A DNA stretch of 20,000 nucleotides. It comes from an uncultured virus (IMG/VR IMGVR_UViG_3300035162_000505). Lineage: Duplodnaviria; Heunggongvirae; Uroviricota; Caudoviricetes. The DNA is taken from the IMG/VR virus record IMGVR_UViG_3300035162_000505; one strand, given 5' to 3'. The position numbers were made by a program, and so were the translations under genes. A model generated the notes under the pieces. That model did not search any database. It was not told where the DNA came from and saw only the letters and a program-made list of their open reading frames with translations. Positions 14,307 through 20,000 of this stretch are shown one piece after another; position 1 is the stretch's first letter; each line of letters opens with the position of its first letter.

Positions 14307-15361
14307 TCGTCAACTGCCTCAACTATAGCATCCATGTCTACCACAGACCTATGCCCTATCTGATACTGTTTCTTTAAGAACTCTTTAAAATCTGTACCAG
14401 AAAGGATTGGACTCCAGAAGGATTCATCAAGAGTGGCATCGTGCCGTACTTTAGATCCAACTTCTCCAGTGTCCTGATCGACCACAGCATACCAGCCATT
14501 GGAAGGCTTAGTAACATAACCGCCAGCAAGAGCGCAATCGAGAAGGCCAGAGTAATGCTTGACACCACCATCCCAAGACACAGTAATAGGTATTTTTGAC
14601 TTCTCTTTAACAAATCTACTTTTTTCAACATTAATAACAAAATGATATCCTTGTATTTCAGTTCCCTTTTTATCTTGTTGCCTTCCAACAATCCAAACAG
14701 TATCGGCTGAATAGGTTATACCAGTGCCACCGCCGACTATATCTTTAGGGAATAATCCGATTTCTTTGTAAGTATGATTAACTGCAATCATAGGTATATT
14801 CTTCATGCTTAAGTATGGTGTTACCATACGGAACAGACTCTTAAATGCTTTGGCACGAGACATATCTGCCACAGACTTTTCGTCCTTTGCATCTTCTAGT
14901 TCTTTCTTAGATGCTAGATTACCAATAGAGTCGATGACAATCATAATGTTATCTTTTTCATCCATAGCCTCTAACTGAGAAATAAGATCAAACTTTAACT
15001 CTTCTACATTAGTAATAGGAGTATGTAGTACTCGACTTGTATCAACATCAAACTGATCAAAGTACGCCTGAGGTGATCCAAACTCTGAATCGTAAAAAAT
15101 AATTACAGCATCAGGTTTTGCTTTTAGCCATGCTGAAGCCATCATTAAAGCAAAGGATGTTTTGAAATGCTTTGATGGACCAGCAAGAACTGTTAGACCT
15201 GATGATAACCCACCATCCACATCACCAGATAGTGCCACATTCATCATAGGCACATCCGTAGGAGTCATCTCCTTATCGTTAAAATACTTGGAATCAATCA
15301 GGACTTCCGTTGTCTTTATCTTGCTGTTCTGTTTCAGTTTGTCCATTATCGAAGTTGACAT
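14303..15361 (-). CDS. uvsX: UvsX RecA-like recombinase
   Basis: AGPSKHFKT Walker A, FYDSEFG, IDSIGNLASKKE, DMSRAK. Confidence 0.95.
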   Translation of the reverse strand: MSTSIMDKLKQNSKIKTTEVLIDSKYFNDKEMTPTDVPMMNVALSGDVDGGLSSGLTVLAGPSKHFKTSFALMMASAWLKAKPDAVIIFYDSEFGSPQAYFDQFDVDTSRVLHTPITNVEELKFDLISQLEAMDEKDNIMIVIDSIGNLASKKELEDAKDEKSVADMSRAKAFKSLFRMVTPYLSMKNIPMIAVNHTYKEIGLFPKDIVGGGTGITYSADTVWIVGRQQDKKGTEIQGYHFVINVEKSRFVKEKSKIPITVSWDGGVKHYSGLLDCALAGGYVTKPSNGWYAVVDQDTGEVGSKVRHDATLDESFWSPILSGTDFKEFLKKQYQIGHRSVVDMDAIVEAVDE

Positions 15362-16232
15362 TTTGTTCTCTTTCTCTATCGTTTAAATCGTATTCACTTC
15401 TAATTTCATTATTAAGCGATTGCACAGTCTTCCATATCGCTGAAGACTGATCAGTCTTAGTATCCACAAAGTTTATAAATGCGGATAAGTCTTTTGGAAA
15501 GCAAGCCCCACCAAATCCATCTTTACCATCAGGTCCGGGGATCTTCATATGACTATGCCCCATACGAGGTTCAGCCATTAGAGCACGTGACAACTGGTTA
15601 TAACTACCACCAAAGTCATCCATAACTTTCTTAAGTTGGTTCATAAACGTTACCTTCATAGAAAGGTAGTTGTTCACTGTATACTTAAAGAAGGATGCTT
15701 CAACAGGAGACATAGTAACAATCTGTGTAGGGTTAGCCAAAGAAAAATGGTTATACAGTCCTTCTAGGTGTTGAGCGGCCTCTTGTTGATGTACACCAAA
15801 GACCCTAAAACGTGCTTCTATCATATCCTGTTTAGAATTACTCTCTTGTAGAAACTCAGGTTCGTATACAATACGACCATCTATACGAGATAGACGATCA
15901 ATAGCATCAGGTGGAACAGTTGACTTGATAACAATAAAAGATTCTGTTAGGTTAACCAACCGCATCACTGCATCATCAATGTCTTTAGTATCCACACCAC
16001 CACCATCTTTTGCTGGAGTTGGGAGACAGATGAATACACACTGAGGTTCCCAATCACAAAGGTCTTGTAGAGTATTATCATTTTCTTTAGGGTCAATTAT
16101 AAACTTGGTAACACCTTGAGTAGAAAAACAGTAGTCCACTGCTTTACCGACAAAACCATGACCAATGATCCCTAGCCTAAAGTTCCTTTCCCTACGTTTA
16201 ACTACGGGTTCTAGTGTCGCTTCTTCAATCAT
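15294..16232 (-). CDS. UDP-glucose/GDP-mannose dehydrogenase family protein, short form
   Basis: GIIGHGFVG Rossmann motif, FICLPTP, IKSTVPP, PEFL, GFGGACFPKD. Confidence 0.9.
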   Translation of the reverse strand: MIEEATLEPVVKRRERNFRLGIIGHGFVGKAVDYCFSTQGVTKFIIDPKENDNTLQDLCDWEPQCVFICLPTPAKDGGGVDTKDIDDAVMRLVNLTESFIVIKSTVPPDAIDRLSRIDGRIVYEPEFLQESNSKQDMIEARFRVFGVHQQEAAQHLEGLYNHFSLANPTQIVTMSPVEASFFKYTVNNYLSMKVTFMNQLKKVMDDFGGSYNQLSRALMAEPRMGHSHMKIPGPDGKDGFGGACFPKDLSAFINFVDTKTDQSSAIWKTVQSLNNEIRSEYDLNDREREQNVNFDNGQTETEQQDKDNGSPD

Positions 16233-16674
16233 TTGAAGTGTCCTTTTCTGCTTCTATATCATACACTCTTTCTCGCAAGTCGCTAGATGAGAATCTATGA
16301 TCTCTCTTATTGTAACGAATTTCTATACCTCTTTTGGCACAGATCTTTCTTCCTGTGAATGTAGTATGCTTATACTCTTCACCTATTATTCTAACATGAA
16401 TCTCAAATAATTGCAAGATATCTTCTACATCTTTTTCGTTTTCATAGGGAATTATTTCATCTACATAACTTACACCTTGTAGTTGTGTCCATCTCTCGAC
16501 CAGAGATTGCACAGGTGCTTTCTTGTCTTTACGGTCTATAGATGGATTTACTTGTAGACCACATATAAGGTGATCACATTTAGTCTTTGCTTCTCTCAGC
16601 ATAGCAATATGCCCTGCGTGTAGTAGATCAAAAGTGCTAAAGGTTATCCCTACAACCCTTTCAGTGCTTTCCAT
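16225..16674 (-). CDS. Glycerol-3-phosphate cytidylyltransferase-like (TagD family)
   Basis: FSTFDLLHAGH (HxGH), YVDEIIPY, RDHRFSSSDLR. Confidence 0.85.
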   Translation of the reverse strand: MESTERVVGITFSTFDLLHAGHIAMLREAKTKCDHLICGLQVNPSIDRKDKKAPVQSLVERWTQLQGVSYVDEIIPYENEKDVEDILQLFEIHVRIIGEEYKHTTFTGRKICAKRGIEIRYNKRDHRFSSSDLRERVYDIEAEKDTSND

Positions 16675-17360
16675 GTATCTTTCCAATCTCTGACATGGAG
16701 TGTAGCCCCATGCTCATATTCTTCTAATGCTTGAGCCAGTAAGAAATCATTCCCACCAACACCCACTTTATCGCCAAAGAAAAATATTCTGTCTCTATCA
16801 TCAAAGTCTTTCAATATCTGTGACTTATCATTTCCTTTAGCAGATATATCCATTCCAGTTTCGCCAGCAACACTAGCAAGTAAATCTGGAAACATAGTAT
16901 TAAAAGCCTTTGCTATCTTAACTCGTTCTGAATATATCTTATCATATTCGTAATATGCTTTACGATCAGTGCTATCAGCATTACGCCCTACAACACTGAA
17001 GTTTATCATACCACATCTTTCTTCAATATGCAACCCCGTTAATGTAGGCCAATCAGATTCATATAGGCATTGATCAAGAAAGTCTCTTGCCATGTCAGGT
17101 AAGACCCATGAACTACTTCTTACATTGCGGTCACCTTCATACACGTCACAACCAGAACAGTTATACACACGTTTACATACGTGGTATATTGGTTCTCCTA
17201 TCTGTTCTATAGTCTTAGGTCTATCGCTTCCCGTAACTAGATACACATCGTGAGTAGGCCATTCACAAAATTTGTGAAACCATGCACCAAATTTCTTGTC
17301 TATTTTACCTCTACTAGGAGTTAAGGTTCCATCTACATCAAAGATAAACTTATCAGCCAT
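16650..17360 (-). CDS. HAD-IIB phosphomannomutase (PMM/Sec53-like)
   Basis: FDVDGTLTPSR, VTGSD, IEERCGMINFSVVGR, FFGDK..GGND. Confidence 0.85.
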   Translation of the reverse strand: MADKFIFDVDGTLTPSRGKIDKKFGAWFHKFCEWPTHDVYLVTGSDRPKTIEQIGEPIYHVCKRVYNCSGCDVYEGDRNVRSSSWVLPDMARDFLDQCLYESDWPTLTGLHIEERCGMINFSVVGRNADSTDRKAYYEYDKIYSERVKIAKAFNTMFPDLLASVAGETGMDISAKGNDKSQILKDFDDRDRIFFFGDKVGVGGNDFLLAQALEEYEHGATLHVRDWKDTWKALKGL

Positions 17361-18399
17361 CTCCGTATACTCTGTTGTGAGTATTGTTCACTCTAACGAA
17401 TGTAGTACACTTAGGTAAGTCTTTTATCTTAGCGGCTCCAACATATGTAGAAGCCGATCTTATTCCACCAAGAATGGCTTGTATAGTAGTTCCGACTTGT
17501 CCTTTGTATGGTAAACTAACCTCTTTACCTTCTGAGGCTCTATAGTCTTTCAGTCCACCAAAGTGTTTGTCGTTGGCAGTCTCTGAACTCATGCCATAAA
17601 AACTGATCTTGTTGTCCACTACTTCTCCACCACCTTCATCATGTCCAGCCAACATACCGCCAAGCATCACAAAGTCTGAACCAGCACCAAAAGCTTTGGC
17701 TATGTCACCAGACGTAGTACAACCTCCATCAGCAATAATATGGCCTGAGAGACCGTGAGAAGCATCAGCACATTCAATAACCGCTGAGAGTTGAGGATAA
17801 CCAACACCTGTTTGTATACGAGTCGTACATACACTGCCCGGTCCAATACCGCATTTAACAATATCCGCACCATTTAAGATTAACTCCTGTGTCATATCTC
17901 CTGTCACAACATTACCCGCTATGATAACTAGATCAGGATAGTTAGAACGTAAATCGTATATAAAGTTACTGAACATCTCTGTGTAACCATTTGCTACATC
18001 TACGCATAGGTATTTAAGTATACCATCAGTAAGTTTGTATACCTTTTTAAACTTTTCTAAATCACTATCTGATGTTCCAATAGACATGGCAACATTCTGT
18101 TGACGATGTATAGTATTCTCTATATCAGATTGGTTAAAGAACTTTGCTAGGTCTTCTGCGCTATATGTCTTTACCAGACAAGTGAAGATATCTAATTTAG
18201 AAAGTGCGTCTGCCATTTCAAACGTGCCGACACCATCCATGTTAGCCGCCATGATAGGAACACCTTGATATATGCGTTCACTATTTCTAAACTTCATGGG
18301 TCTTAACAGATCAACCTCTTTACGAGATTTTAAAGTAGACCTCTTTGGTCTAATAAGAACATCCGAATAGTCTAGTTTTATATCGTCACTAATCAGCAT
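17353..18399 (-). CDS. guaC: GMP reductase
   Basis: DVLIRPKRSTLKSR, AANMD, DVANGY, GIGPGSVCTTR, FYGMSS, YRASEGK. Confidence 0.93.
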   Translation of the reverse strand: MLISDDIKLDYSDVLIRPKRSTLKSRKEVDLLRPMKFRNSERIYQGVPIMAANMDGVGTFEMADALSKLDIFTCLVKTYSAEDLAKFFNQSDIENTIHRQQNVAMSIGTSDSDLEKFKKVYKLTDGILKYLCVDVANGYTEMFSNFIYDLRSNYPDLVIIAGNVVTGDMTQELILNGADIVKCGIGPGSVCTTRIQTGVGYPQLSAVIECADASHGLSGHIIADGGCTTSGDIAKAFGAGSDFVMLGGMLAGHDEGGGEVVDNKISFYGMSSETANDKHFGGLKDYRASEGKEVSLPYKGQVGTTIQAILGGIRSASTYVGAAKIKDLPKCTTFVRVNNTHNRVYGDG

Positions 18400-18736
18400 T
18401 GGTTCCTACCGTCTCTCTTATAATATCATTATGATTAAACTCTGCCCAATATAACTCAAACGCTACACCATCTTCAAGACATTCAAACTGATGATACACC
18501 CCCGGCTTGACCTTAGTATACATCCCAAGTTCAAGTATAGTTTCATCAACCAAGTCATAATCATTTTGCCATACACGAATAAGCATACGTCCAGATTCTA
18601 CATAGAAGCCATTCCACTTAAACTCATGTAGATGTTTTGAACAAATACCGCCTCTATTCATTTCAATACGATGGAACTCTAACGCTCCATTGGCCTCTAC
18701 AAGTTCTGTAGATCCCCATACTTTACCAGCAATCAT
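18389..18736 (-). CDS. Cupin protein (mannose-6-phosphate isomerase-like)
   Basis: KVWG, CSKHLHEFK, PGVYHQF cupin motifs. Confidence 0.75.
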   Translation of the reverse strand: MIAGKVWGSTELVEANGALEFHRIEMNRGGICSKHLHEFKWNGFYVESGRMLIRVWQNDYDLVDETILELGMYTKVKPGVYHQFECLEDGVAFELYWAEFNHNDIIRETVGTNAD

Positions 18737-18745
18737 GTCACTTTC

Positions 18746-19078
18746 CTACTCATAAGTTTCACCAGTGTTGCGAAAGAAGTCTTCACTCCAAAAGGCTTTA
18801 TCATCAATCCAAATATCGTAGTGTTCTTTCTTACCCACACTCAGTTCGTGGAATCTCGCACCCCATTGAATAAGTTGATTGTTGGTTAGCCTATAGTAAT
18901 CAATACCACTTACGACCCCACGTGCAGTCATATATTTAATAGTATGACCAGCATCATACAATGCGTTGACTTTTGCGATACGATCCATCATAGGTTCGTG
19001 TGCCGCATAATCTTTAGTGCCATCTGAGTTCTTGACTTCATTACAAATGGTGCCATCAATATCAATTACATATTTCAT
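18746..19078 (-). CDS. Small capless HAD phosphatase
   Basis: IDIDGTI, MTARG, K..YDIWIDDKA. Confidence 0.8.
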   Translation of the reverse strand: MKYVIDIDGTICNEVKNSDGTKDYAAHEPMMDRIAKVNALYDAGHTIKYMTARGVVSGIDYYRLTNNQLIQWGARFHELSVGKKEHYDIWIDDKAFWSEDFFRNTGETYE

Positions 19079-19079
19079 A

Positions 19080-19259
19080 CTATCTCTCCGCTAACGGCAC
19101 TGATTCTGAAGTGTCATGGTAATCACCATTTTTATAGTAACTTCGGAATGCGATTTCTTTTACTATGCGACCATCTTTCTTCCTATAAGTGATGATCTCT
19201 CTACGCAGAACTCCATCTGTGTCTGCTTCAAATGCGGCCTTAAATGGTCCTTCTGTCAT
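19080..19259 (-). CDS. 59-aa hypothetical protein (MTEGPFKAAFEADTDGVLRREIITYRKKDGRIVKEIAFRSYYKNGDYHDTSESVPLAER)
   Basis: Translated by hand; GAGGA SD; fills the gap. Confidence 0.7.
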   Translation of the reverse strand: MTEGPFKAAFEADTDGVLRREIITYRKKDGRIVKEIAFRSYYKNGDYHDTSESVPLAER

Positions 19260-19269
19260 AATATTTCCT

Positions 19270-19953
19270 CTATCTTATATTCCAACACTCAGCATCTTCT
19301 GGTGTGTTGATTTCAATCCCATCAAACTCAACTTCACGAACATTAATTTTTTCGCCCATTGATATCCATCTAAGTTGTTCTAAGCCTTCATGCTCTTCAT
19401 ACTTGTCTTGAACAGTCCCATACTTCTCAAGCATATTTCTAGAGTATCCATAGACACCTAAGTGATGAGAACCCATGGTTAGACCTCTACCAAACCAATG
19501 TGCTTCTGTATCATTATGAACCATCTTAACACAGTTCTCATCAGATTGCAAGTGCTTTTCCATTTTAGCATAGAGTGTAGATACACCCCCACTATAATAG
19601 ACACCTCTACTCATGTCATTTATTTCGTTTATCATTTTTCCAGTAACATCAGGCATATCGCCTTGCACGTTAATAAAGGTATCAAACTTCTTTAAGAAGT
19701 CTGTTTGAATTGCCCCAGCACATCTCTCTGTGCCATTGTTAAACTCTCTTTTATCTATAATAACTGTACACTTATCGTTGACTGCATTAGCAACCCTAAC
19801 ATCATCTGTAAGAACAAATGTAGGTATTTTAGAAGCCGCACATATATCATGCACTCTTCTGATCATAGGCAATCCATCTAAATCGCATAACGGTTTGCCT
19901 TCAAATCTTTTAGATCCCCATCTAGCGGGTATAAGAATAGCTGATAATGTCAT
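19270..19953 (-). CDS. kdsB: CMP-KDO synthetase (3-deoxy-manno-octulosonate cytidylyltransferase)
   Basis: IPARWGSKRFEGKPL, GTERC, INVQGD, HLGVYGY, LEQLRW, INTPED. Confidence 0.9.
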   Translation of the reverse strand: MTLSAILIPARWGSKRFEGKPLCDLDGLPMIRRVHDICAASKIPTFVLTDDVRVANAVNDKCTVIIDKREFNNGTERCAGAIQTDFLKKFDTFINVQGDMPDVTGKMINEINDMSRGVYYSGGVSTLYAKMEKHLQSDENCVKMVHNDTEAHWFGRGLTMGSHHLGVYGYSRNMLEKYGTVQDKYEEHEGLEQLRWISMGEKINVREVEFDGIEINTPEDAECWNIR

Positions 19954-20000
19954 CTACGACTCCTTCAAAATCTTCTAGTTTTAACATATTTGGTCCATCT
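19922..20000 (-). CDS. kdsA: C-terminus of probable KDO-8-phosphate synthase (partial: ...DGPNMLKLEDFEGVVDDIISYSYTR*)
   Basis: DGPN motif characteristic of the KdsA C-terminus; adjacent to kdsB. Only 25 residues are visible. Confidence 0.65.
   Translation of the reverse strand, partial: DGPNMLKLEDFEGVVDDIISYSYTR

Noticed and set aside
12618..15361. Intein or intron in gene 41 or uvsX
   Set aside because: Both ORFs are uninterrupted and of normal length.
189..19978. Plus-strand shadow ORFs (e.g. 189..479, 1406..1768, 1552..1800, 6654..7172, 10350..10771, 12523..12921, 19730..19978)
   Set aside because: They are antisense to well-supported minus-strand genes and show no recognisable motifs. 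Only 6018 and 8526 have promoter support.

Overview
A 20 kb segment of a T4-like (myovirus-type) phage genome, most likely marine with an alphaproteobacterial host. Evidence: gp41 helicase, UvsX, ThyX, TATAAATA late promoters and an alpha-type tmRNA. Almost all genes are on the minus strand. From right to left: a sugar/nucleotide metabolism block (kdsA 3' end, kdsB, HAD phosphatase, cupin, guaC, PMM, TagD-like cytidylyltransferase, UDP-sugar dehydrogenase); replication genes (uvsX, 41, thyX); a variable early-gene region with a repeated 55-bp sigma70 promoter/leader carrying a conserved TGATTCG (GANTC) site; an auxiliary module (BMP nucleoside-binding protein, IPNS-type 2OG oxygenase, Na/Pi cotransporter); and a circularly permuted two-piece tmRNA gene. 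Highlights: (1) the tmRNA's 146-nt intervening segment carries an RBS and a CxxC/CxxC zinc-ribbon ORF that reads through the presumed RNase P site into the tmRNA coding piece; (2) one promoter-repeat copy has lost its SD and ATG and instead precedes a ~100-nt ORF-less hairpin, a candidate ncRNA; (3) a small three-way-junction/kissing-loop candidate RNA at 1310-1364. All assignments come from motif recognition by eye; no searches were run.
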